Shown here: positions 10,924-22,500 of the stretch, piece after piece | Position numbering within the stretch: the stretch's first letter is position 1 | How the letters are laid out: each line of letters opens with the position of its first letter | Assembly (NCBI GenBank): GCA_903813345.2 | Contig: CAIIXF020000001.1 | Location: 8,804,001-8,868,000, forward strand | Length of the DNA stretch: 64,000 bases | Source of the DNA: Owenia fusiformis | Taxonomy: Eukaryota | Direction: 5' to 3' | Notes under the pieces: generated by a model | The model's input: the letters and a program-made list of their open reading frames with translations, nothing else | Told to the model about the DNA's origin: nothing | Databases searched by the model: none | Translations under genes and position numbers: made by a program

Positions 10924-12095
10924 GACTATAGACGATACCACTAGATCAAAATGGATATATGATCATTGAGAAACTATATGTGCTGATATTTCAGACTGAG
11001 CAATTACAGGGACTCATCTCATAAAAGAGAGCATTGGACACCACTTAATGCCTGATGTATAGTTTGGAGCCAAGAACATTTGCAGATCTTGTGTCATCTT
11101 GCATATGAGAATGTTGGAAAAACTAGAACTTATGAGAAGCTAATGAGTTTTGTAGTTTGGTAATTTAGTAATAATCATATCCACTTTCATAATAAGTAGT
11201 TCTTTAGGATTTTTGATAATGCTCATGAGTATTTGATGAGGAGAATTTTCATTATGATGTTTTCATGTTAAACTTACCTACTCCTCGTGATATTGGAGGA
11301 AAACTCTTGAGAAGTTTTGGTGTATTTTATAGATGATGAGTTTTCTCCTCATTCTCCTCATTTTGAGAAATTATTTTCCTCATTTATATTTTGGAGTTGT
11401 TTGGGAGGAAAATGATAAAATATGTTTTACTCATTTTAGTTTGGAGCATGCTCAATGAGCATTTGTGTTACATAGTATATGGTTGTAAGGATAACTCTGT
11501 TCATGGAACTGAAGAGTAACATTTACATGTGCCTCATATAACTGAAGTTTTGTTGAGAAGTTTTCACACTTAGAGTAATGTGTTTTTTATCTGCTCATTT
11601 TGGAGAAAATATTTTCCTCATAATGTGTTCATGAAAAATGATAAAATATGAGAAAATTATTCTCCTCTTGAGCTCATTTTAGTTAATAGTATTCTATGTG
11701 GGAGTGTAAGCCATGATGGCTTCAGTAAATATTTGTATTTGTTTAAGGAGAACAGTTTTGGTAAAATCTTTGTGTTCTCCAGAGTATAAGGTGGGCTCAG
11801 CTCAATGAGCAACTACCTTGTAACATAATATTTTCAGAGTTTCTCCTTTTTGTCTTATCTACTCATCGTAGCTTAACTTGAGTAAATTTTGGAAAACTTT
11901 TGAAATAGTTATATTGAGATTAAAGTAAAGGATAATCTGCTCTTTGCTCATTTGTAAAACTTAAGATATTTTTGCTCTTGAGGAAAACTTGTATAGCTGA
12001 GTTAAGAGTTACTCATTTTTGCAAATTGATAAAAATTGTTTTCCGCCTGCTCCTCTTTGTGTAACCATGCATGTATGAGGACATACATATTTCTT

Positions 12096-12108
12096 AAGTT
12101 GGGGGATG
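12096..12108 (+). promoter_or_regulatory. Polypurine tract (PPT)
   Basis: AAGTTGGGGGATG immediately precedes the 3' LTR. Confidence 0.75.
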
Positions 12109-12978
12109 TGTAGCGGTAGCACAATTTTTATTATTAATTATATTCGTTCATTAATTACACATTGATACATTTTACTTTTAACATAACATTTATATGCGTT
12201 AAAAAGAGCAGAGTGTCCCCTTTTTAATGGTTTTTACCCCGTGTAAATCAGATTAGTATTTTTCGAGTTATGACAATTTGAAAAACATGAGTAAATTGAG
12301 ATTATTTCGTTTTGTCGGCACTGCCGTAATAGTTGTCCAGCTTTAGCGATCAATAATTTACTTAGATCTTGGACGGGTCACTTTGAAGTTTTAATTAGTT
12401 TGACAAGTTGACAGCTTGGGCTGGTCTCCGCCCCCTTAATTTGCATATTTCTCGAACGATCGTAAGACTTTTGTTGGGAAAGTCAGTCCTGAGTTTGTAT
12501 CTGAAGAGATAGGAGGTTCAATTTCTCCATTTTTATAAAGTCTCAAGTTTTAGTATTCTGCGAGCATCTCAGTGTTTGGATTATTACACTCATTTGATCA
12601 TACAAGTGGATTTATCATATAACTGGATTTATAGCTGGATTTATAATTGGATTATACTTATTGGATTTAACGGATTATTGTCATCATGTCATACACACCT
12701 GTAAGGTAAATAAAGTTATTTGTTGTTTATTGTCTAGAAATCGAAATCATATCTTTTGTTCAGTTATTCTTCATGCAGTAAATTACAATATCCATTAGTG
12801 ACCATTAAGATACAAATTCCTTTCACGCACAAGACGTATCCACACATCATCTTTCCAGTGCCATTTATTGTTAAAGGGGTTTCCGCTCGGCCCAATTCAT
12901 TCTTTCCAGTAATTATTATTTGGATCATTTTATTCCATACTGGTGAAAAACATTTCATTTTAAATAACTCCCGCCACA
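12109..12978 (+). repeat. 3' LTR (870 bp)
   Basis: Direct copy of 5383-6252, followed by the ATAT TSD. Confidence 0.96.
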
Positions 12979-14602
12979 ATATTTTTTCTAATATATGGTC
13001 GCAATGAAATTATGTTGATAGACAGTTAGACTTTTATGTTCAATTTACAGCTTTTTTCTAGAGACAGAGGTAGATTAAGAGATTAACAGGATTTTACAAT
13101 GGCACTTCAGCCACTAATAAAACCTAGAATTCCGCTGATGTTGTATCTTAACATGCAAAAGAGCCAATCAGTCGACACATCGACTCTCTTTTTTATTCAT
13201 CACATACTGACAACATGTCATGTTAAAATACTGTCACTTTGAACTCTGGTTTCATCACTTATTTATGTCAAGTATTATTTTCTTTCAATTGTGTCATTGG
13301 CATCACATAGAATATCAACCTTTTAATTTAATATCTGAAGACATTTTATTTAATTTTCATCAATCAATCAAAAAGTCTCTGTTTTGAGCTCTCTTACTCA
13401 GCATATATTTATATGAAATGAAGATGTAGATAATTGAATAACAGATTGCAATTTGGTATAATTTTTCTAATTTTAATAGTCAATCATATCATAAATCTCA
13501 CCAAACAGGTCAAAGCTATATTACCTTACCTTCTACAACATGTCAAGCATTGTTTATCCTAGGGCAGTATCAGTTGATCCAAAGAGAAATACCCCACTTT
13601 CCTCTGGTATATAAAATCTTGCATCTTCCATCAGTTACTCTAAGTGATCTATCAAATTCAGGAAACCCAGGTAAAGCAATTACATTGTCAGGAATAATTG
13701 TCCTTCTGGTGGATATTGAACACAAAACAGTTGCTTCTCCCGCCAGGAAAAGACTGTTACTTTGGACAAGCTAAACAGGACACAGCTGTCGCAACAAATT
13801 CCAATGCACAGACCAATGAAGCACCTATAGCTCCTTCTTGTGACTTGAGGAAAATGCCTATATTAACTGCAAAAATTTGACAAGTATACAGGCTTTCTGT
13901 TTATACATATTTTGTTTAAAAACAAAAAACAATCAAATTATACAATGTACTACCACTGTCACTTTTTCCATATATACATGGGTCTTTCTATCATGGTAAA
14001 CTAATCTGGTAACCATATATGAAGACAACACAATCAATACCAGGAGCCTGGGGCCTGTTCACCTACGTCAATTGATGATGTTTTGAAATGAACACATGAC
14101 ACCTTTACCATTGCTCCTGCTATCCTTGATAACCCATTGTCCCAGCAGTGGGCAAGGATAGAGGCTCCACAAACAACTGCGATAAGTAGGTTTAGATCCA
14201 ATTTTAAATTGAATTAGTGTGAAGGTTTAGGATAGCAAACCTGAAGTACCACTTTTACAGGAAGAATGTGATGGCTAATTAACTTTTACAAAACCAAAAA
14301 CAGATGCTTTGTAGTAATCTGCCACAAAATCTATAAAAACATTTGTGGAGTGACCATTGCTCTCTAACAAGACTGATGAGCTCTTCATTAACGGAAATTG
14401 TTTTCTCTTTTTCTGGTTTTACAACTAACTAACATACAACCATGAAAACAAACAGAACATAAAAATAAAGATTATTAGTCCATCCATATAAAAGAAAATG
14501 ATTGATTGATAATTGTAATGAAAACTATATCTTGGATTAAATTGAAATGACATGTAAATGCCCATATATAATTAGACTAAGGTATAATAATGGCTTTGTA
14601 TA

Positions 14603-15085
14603 AAAACCTCCTACCTCATACCCACCTAGCCACCTATGTGGAACATGATACAGTCATTGAATGGTTCAATTTTAAAGATTATTAAATCTCAAAATAGCTC
14701 CAATTTAATTATTATCATTTCTTCAATTCCGGTCTTATTTTATGACTAGACAGATCCATAAATAAAGGCATATGAATGCATTTTAATGTGTTATGATCCG
14801 AGGGCGCCCCATGGGAATGAATAACTAACGCCCGCGAGCATAGGTCCAACAAGCCAGGTAAAGAAATTGAAAGAAAGTGTGCTAAATTCGATGCTCCGAG
14901 TGGAAATCGAACCCAGCTGGGATGTAGTAGCAACTTGCTATCAAGGGTCGTTACAAATGCATCTATAATTCATCATAAACTAAGATTTAATAAACTAAGA
15001 TCTTTAAAATTGAACCCTTCAAAGACTGTATCATGTCCCACGTACGTGGGTAGGACGGTAGGTGGGTACGAGGTAGGAGGATTTT
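14603..15085. mobile_element. MITE with ~90-bp imperfect TIRs
   Basis: CTCCTACCTC...CATGATACAGTC..GGTTCAATTTTAAAGAT is mirrored by ATCTTTAAAATTGAACC..GACTGTATCATG...GAGGTAGGAG. Confidence 0.7.
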
Positions 15086-18000
15086 GAAAAATGGACACAT
15101 TTTCACCAAGTTAGTCAAAACAGTGTAAAAAGAGGATTTTCATACCTACAGAGGGTCTATTACTTGTAGTTTTCTTCGCCCTCCTAAGAGAGTATATGTT
15201 AACATGAAGTTGGGAGACGTATGCCTTATACAGATGCTATTCCAATTTGAGTTTCATTCAGAAGGTCAAAGAGGAAATTCTCAAACTTGAAGCTATTAAT
15301 TTTCCAAATCAGATGCCATAATTAGTGATCTCCTAGCATTAAAGTAAGTAAGCCCTATAACTTCTTGAGATTTTGCAGACATGCACTTAACAAATGAGAA
15401 ATAAAAACAGTAAAAATTGCCTGATTTTGACCAATTTTTGTCAGAATTGTGAAAATGAGAATTTTTTTTTCAAAAAAATCAATGTTGAAGGCTGAATTAT
15501 AAAATCAAGAGCTTTTTCTTCTGAGTTGAGTAGTAAACCTTGACCAACATTAAAATATTTATATCTAAGAATGTTCAAAGATATTGTTTAATAAACACAG
15601 CACTAACACAGGCCATTTATATAGGAGATTATATCATGTTTCAAATTATACTACCTTATACTAAGAAGTCTGAATATCTTAAAGCTTCAACTGTGAAAAT
15701 GTGACTTTTCCAAAACTTCATTCATAGCTGCTTTGATAGTCTTGCATTGAGCTCCTGTGACAACCTATACACACATCTCATCTCCCTGGGGAGGTAGAAG
15801 TATGGGAGAGTGCAAGACTTCTAATTTGATAGCAAAGCTGGTAACATGAAAAAAGAGGGACACGTCTCTAAGTAGAACAGAACCCAGTTACCTATTAACA
15901 AATATAAAATGAACCTCTGTACATAAGTAGAACAACTTCAAAATGTAAAAATATTTTGAGGTACAAAATATGTCTGTTCCACTTACACAGTTTTTACTGG
16001 ACATGACAATAGTAATTCCAGCTGTATATTTATTTTTGGAAAGGTGTATTTCAATGTTTCTTAAGATAGCTATAGTACATCCATTTATCTTCATTTCCAA
16101 TGCTTACAACAGTAAAGGCCTACTTATTGGGCCTTATATTAAGGTACAATGTCAAGGAATCTTAAGAGAACCAAAAAATGAAGTTGTCTGACATTTGAGA
16201 AATGGATAACTCTCCCAAACTGTCTGTATTTGCCTTTGGTGTAATCCAGCCCATAATAAATCATTCTACTTTAAAAAGACTGTTTGAGATATATTCTAAG
16301 AGTATTAAGACTAACTGGATGGGTTTATTGAACAGACAACACTAATGAACACATATCACACCATACCATTTTATACCATTACCACACTATACCATACTCA
16401 ACCATAGTATACCATACTATAACATACAGCATTATATGAAAAAATACATTTTATACTTCTTCCAAAACTTCTGCACCCACTTGAAATTTAAAAAAAATAG
16501 GCTTGCACCCACTTCAAAATGAAAAAAGCATGAAATATAGGCATATTTTGACCAAAGGTATAAATTGTGAAATTAAGAATTTTGCACCCACTTGAGACAA
16601 AATTCTGGGGAAAACACTCACACCACACTATATTTACATCAGTAAGGATTGAACATAGATGGTTCAAATAACCACCAAAATTCCAACATCACACTAACTT
16701 GAAAAACATTTCAAATTGGACTGATTTTAATATGTTTGATTTGAAACAAACAAAATGGCCATGGTCCAAGCAGTCAACATGTGTGTTATGGCCTTTCTCT
16801 ACAGAGAAGCAAAAAGAAGCTCTCAACCTCTCAGGCAGTCACTTGACCTCTATTAACACCAGGCATGTTGAATTCTCCATCAGGCATGAACTTTGAATCT
16901 CTGAAACCATCCAAACAATTGTGAATCCTTCCTTCACTGATCCCAATCATATTGCCACATTATCCTCTGACCATTTTCTGATGATTTTAGAGTTTTGAAG
17001 CTGAAAAGAACTGAATGATCTCAAATGTAGCTTTTGCAAGTTTTTATGGCTATGACTTTTGCATACAGATTGATTGCGCCGCTGACACACCAGGCATGGA
17101 GAACAAGCACCCATACAAAGCACCACAGGCAAAAAGTGCTGCTGCAAGCTATGGGGATTCGGAAAATTTTTGAAATCTATACCCTCTCTGATACATTCTG
17201 AACTTATCTGAGAGCCATATTTGCATCATTAAATGCAAATCTCTAATAAAATTTGTTTTTTCTGGAAAAATGGAGGAGGTCGTTGCCTCCAACACCCTCT
17301 CCTGTTGGATGGGCCTGGATAGTAAACCTTCTACATGCATTTGAAAACTGAATTAATGCCTCAATTAAAAGAATATAGTACTGGTCATGATGTCTTACCT
17401 TCTACAGTTTCAACTGTATCTATTTCAATACTGGATGCCTATCACCTCTACAGAAACTGAAAATACAAAAAAACATTTACATTAAATTAGGATGTCTATA
17501 AAATACTGAATCCGAATTTTGAAACTGATACAATTCTAAACAGACATGTGACACTTCTGGAGCAACTGCATCAACAGATTTCTGTCCCAGTTAGGTACAT
17601 CACATGTCTTGGGGATTTGTTGTTTGTAACATGCTGTCTTGGGCTGTGTTTATACAGAAACTATCATTTATCATAGCTAACAACATGTCAAATTATATTC
17701 TCATAATTCAACAGAAAACATACATGATACAGTGGGAAGTTTGTAACCTTTAAACAATACTTATCACTTGCGGATCTAGCGGGACCAGTTGCTCCCCCCC
17801 TTAAGGTAGGCAGGTTCAAAATGATTTTTGACTCCTGTCAACTGAACATGAAAAACAGATAGTTTTATTACAGTACATGTATATACAATATACTAAATTT
17901 GGATCAGAAAGCACTAATTAGAATCAGTACTTTTTAAATAGCATTCAGTCCATATCCTCCTCTGACTAAAATGGTTAAGCATATTTGTTCTTATATTTGC

Positions 18001-18593
18001 TCAAGTTGCCCCATATTAAGCCATTTGTTAAAATGAAAGCATTTGCTAGAATTTGAAATTTCCTCATAAATATTGGTTAGTATTCCAGGCACAAGTGTCA
18101 TGTATGCATACTCCCAAATTGGAATAATTGTGAGGACCTTACATTGTAAACTGGAGAATATTGAAAGCAGCAGCAATTTCACGATCAAATAATTCAAACA
18201 ACCATTTGATTGAATTAGCCTTTTTCTTACAAACTAATTTCTGCAAATATTTGTTACTGCTAAGTATAAATACATTAGTTACTGCACTTGGCATAATGGA
18301 TACCACACCAAACAATACAACTCAAGTCTAGCATAAAGAATCATTAATTACGGATGAATTTTTTGCAGAGAATAAATATCACTTTGGAATTCAATTGAAT
18401 TGGCATCAGTTCTATTTTGCAATATCTGAGTTTGATATGTTTCTCCAGACATTATTATTATTAATTTATTAACCTGTATTTATAAAGAGTAGTACAAAAC
18501 ATGAGCTCTGATTTGCAAGATATATCTCTATATTATAGCCATGTCATTAAAACCAGTTATTTTAAGACCTGTACAAACCAATGCATATTATAT

Positions 18594-18971
18594 TACCCTG
18601 CGTGCAGAGTCTAGTTAAACTACACTCTGCCTAGTAGAGACCATATCACAGTTTAGTAGCCCTGCCCCCACGACGGGTACAGGTGACAGTTTGGGTAATA
18701 AATCACTTTTGACCTAAGCGCTGACCTTTCTTCCACCAATTAGCGAGCTTGAAGAAACATACGCCAAACGCGTTCTAATTAAATATGCGCATGTCATTGG
18801 TCAATTCCGGGCTCAATGATGACGTCAGAAGGAATGACCATATATAGAACGTCGGTCAAATTTGGCCGACGAACACTGATTGGCGCGGTGAGTTCACAGG
18901 TTAATTTTAGTTTGAAAGAGTGAAGACGAAGCTCTCTTTTAAGAAGTGAAGTCAAACGAATGCAAAGGGTA
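18594..18971 (+). mobile_element. Mutator-like non-autonomous element (9-bp TSD)
   Basis: Ends TACCCTG.../...AAAGGGTA, flanked by ATATTATAT at 18585-18593 and 18972-18980. Related copies at 40458-~40760 (inverted) and 43558-43624 (internally deleted). Confidence 0.7.
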
Positions 18972-19260
18972 ATATTATATAAGATATTCAAAGAAAATCA
19001 TCACCTGTATTTTAAATAGCTAATTACAGGTTCAACTTTTAAGAGAGGAACACGGAGCAGTCTGTGAGGTAAAGAACTCTAGGAATGACCTATACAAACA
19101 AGCAATACCTCTCTTACATCTACAGAATGTCAGTGAAGCAAGACCTAGGCGTGCTGAGAAGACTGAAACATGATGTATAATGGCTTGTAGCACATCTGGG
19201 AAGGCCAGGCCAGCCAGCTGTGATCCCATCTGGAGTAAGCAACCTTGCTAATGTCACTCT

Positions 19261-19570
19261 CATAGACCATTATAATGACAAACATGATATCTTCATTGCA
19301 AAGCATCAACATACTGATCAGGAGCACATAGACCATGATAATGACAAACATGATAGCTTCATTGCAAAGCATCAACATACTGATCAGGACCACATAGACC
19401 ATGATAATGACAAACATGATCTTCATTGCAAACCATCAATATACTGGTTAGGACCACTAAGACCATGATAAAAGCACATGTGATATCTTCATTGCAAACC
19501 ATCAACATACTGATCAGGACCACATAGACCATGATAATGACATACATGATGTCTTCATTGCAAAGCATCA
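19261..19570. repeat. ~60-bp minisatellite, about 5 copies
   Basis: Repeated unit CATAGACCATGATAATGACAAACATGATATCTTCATTGCAAAGCATCAACATACTGATCAGGAC. Confidence 0.9.
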
Positions 19571-22500
19571 TGATACTTGTCGTCAGGACTGAACTGTAGA
19601 CGATGATAATGACATAATATAACTATAGAAATACTTGTTCCAAAGGCTATGAAAATATAAATCAACAGTAAGATGTTCAACTCACACAGGTTTATATAGT
19701 TCATCAACAGGCAATCTCCCCAAGTGTTCAGTCTTCCACCTGTCTGATTACTTTGTTTTCCTTGCAACTGTCCTTGATGACAGGGAAGCAACAAGTCTTT
19801 GAATTCCAATATATGCTTCTATTCTTATACATCCAGTGACTATAACTCTTGTAGATAACACCAGAAAGTTGCACAAAGTGGTAAGCAACTAGTTAGCTGG
19901 CTAAATGATCATAATGAAATACATTCTTCAGTTCAAGATACTCTAAAGGCTAAAGCATATCTTTCTATCACTGGAGCAAATGTTTTCCATCACCCCTCAT
20001 CATTTGTTAGTCTATATTACACAACAGCCTTCAGATGTTTGTATTTCTGCTTGGTTTGTATCTTACTAGATGTGTGGCAGCATATAACCATCATATGTTT
20101 GGAAAAGCTAGCATCTCAGTATCAATGCATCATTTTGCATCCTTTTTATGTCATTTTTGCCTTTGTTTGACTGGATCTGTTATCAATATTACATGTGCTA
20201 TATTGTAGCATATGACCATTCCCACGGCATAAGAAAACAAGAAGCACAGATTTAGATTTAGAACTCTCATTTTGAGCTTGCAAGGAGGCTTCCAGGCTGA
20301 CCTTGGTGTGGTTCAACTTCTTAAAAGAAAATGTGGCTTCACAAAACAAATAAACAAAGGACTCCTCAAATGATTGAAAGGGTGATCTACACATGGTTTG
20401 GCGACTTCAAAGTCATCATATAGCTAATTCATAATAGGTGTTGATGGTAAATCAGGGATAAGGGAAAGAAATCGACCTCCATAAGTAAATATATCAATCA
20501 ATGTCAAATACACATAACACACAGACATGCAAGTTCTCTATGTTTAACATCAGCTACAACAAGTCAGCAGATGACTCCATGGACGAAGGTCATTTTGGCC
20601 TTCTGCATGTCATTTTGGCTTTTAGAGAAGGGCACACCACTGTGGGATCCTGCAGTATCCCTTAGAGTACAAGCTTCAGATAAAGAGCAACACTGATGAA
20701 TCTAAATGAGGGTGTATTGCTGTTGGCTAAATGGTGAAAGACCTTTGTCAATGCAAATGAATGTTGGGCACTCTTGTTGATGTTGTTTGAAATAAGACAT
20801 TGTGCTATTTTAATAATTTCTTCACATCTAGAATATGATCGTTAATTGGTGATGTGATCTTCCATATTCCATCTATCTAGAACTACAGATGCTTGATTTT
20901 GGATATTGAGATGTCTGCAATGCTAGAGGCAGTACAATCAAAAATTACTTATTGAAATCAAATATTCTTGTGAAAACAGAAGCATGTTCCAGTATGTTTT
21001 GATGACCCTATTGAATTAACAGAACATTTCAATCAATATAACTCCTCTTAATCTATATCAAAAAAATCTTTTTCTTGAGTCTTATATCTTGGAATAATAT
21101 TTGCTTTGGAATGCTTGCACAATTTTTTAATGTGTTGCTTAGAAAAATTGTTAACATTGACTACAATAGATGCTGTTCATTTAGCCTTCAATAAGACTGT
21201 GAAGATATATTGACCAACTCGATAACAATCTTGTGTGAAACAACATTAAATGTTATTTTTTACTTACCCTCAACCCAATAACTCACATTGAACATTTTGT
21301 AATATACATTTGCATTTGTGTAATTATGACCATTTTCTAGAATTACAAAGGAACTAATCCTTGTTCTTTGTATGTCCCAAATATGATTTCAATTTATATA
21401 ATGTGCATAATGATATTTCATTTTAATTTGATCTTTCAGTCAAACCATACTTCAAATATTCAATGAACACACATATCTCCATGGCAACATCAATATTAAA
21501 ACATGACTTGAAGTTACTATTGTAATAAAATACTAAATTCAAACGTGAGAAATGAAACATCTATACAATGAGATGAGATAAGGTATACCCCTGAGTTATT
21601 TTCATCTAATAAAGTTTCTAATCATCAGCTTCTTTATGTATTGGGTTACAATAAAAACAGATCAATTATATATGTGATAAACTCGAAAAATAAATCATGA
21701 GTAAAAAATCAAAGATACCAACTACCACGTTAACCTACTGTATGAAGCTCAACTTAAAATAGTAAAGTTCATTATTTTGTGTATGTGTAGATATCACTAA
21801 TGAACAATTTCAACAGTAACCTCTGAAGTCATTTACAATACTTATTATCTGATAGGAAAATATATAGGAATAGCATAGTATAATAGTATCATTATGGATT
21901 TTGGAACTTCCTTATGATTTAGAATTTTGGCAAGGTGGAAATAATTTGTGACATCACACTTCATAATCATTTGTGACTTTACTTACTAACACTAAACCCC
22001 AAACCTTGAAAATAAAGTTTAACAAAAATGCAAGGGGCAATATTTTATAACAGAATAAAACCCAAATACCGAAAAGCCTATATGAACCATACCAGTCAAT
22101 ACAAAATATGATGTAATTTTAGAATATAGGACAGATTCATATTTTAAACCACTCGGATTTACTTCCAAAACATGTTGTAGTTGTCTGGTAAGATTATTCC
22201 AACCAACTTGAAAACAAAGTACTGGTTACCACAGATACAGAAAAGCATGTAATGCATACTATGAACCAAACCTGGCAGAAAAAAGAAAACAGATTTTTAG
22301 CCTCATTATAGGAATGTTGATTTGAAGATGAATAATATATTTGTTAATGCATGTCCTAATTTATATCTATTATGTATAATACATACTGGCACCTGGGGCG
22401 GATCTAGGAACCAACAAGGCGGGGGCCAAATGTAATGACCAAAAAAGACCCACGTTTTGGGGTTTAAGGCCTTTTTGGCCCAAATTTGTTTTGCCCCCCC

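Larger units (their letters stand above)
5383..12978 (+). mobile_element. Non-autonomous Gag-only LTR retrotransposon (Ty3/Gypsy-derived)
   Basis: Two direct 870-bp repeats, each TGTAGCGG...CCGCCACA (TG..CA ends), offset by 6726 bp. 4-bp TSD ATAT at 5379-5382 and 12979-12982. PBS follows the 5' LTR and a purine tract precedes the 3' LTR. The single long ORF is Gag. Confidence 0.96.

Noticed and set aside
14880-14935. tRNA gene
   Set aside because: Only a B-box/T-arm-like fragment; no full cloverleaf.
19145-19571. Repetitive ORFs on both strands
   Set aside because: They are products of the ~60-bp minisatellite.
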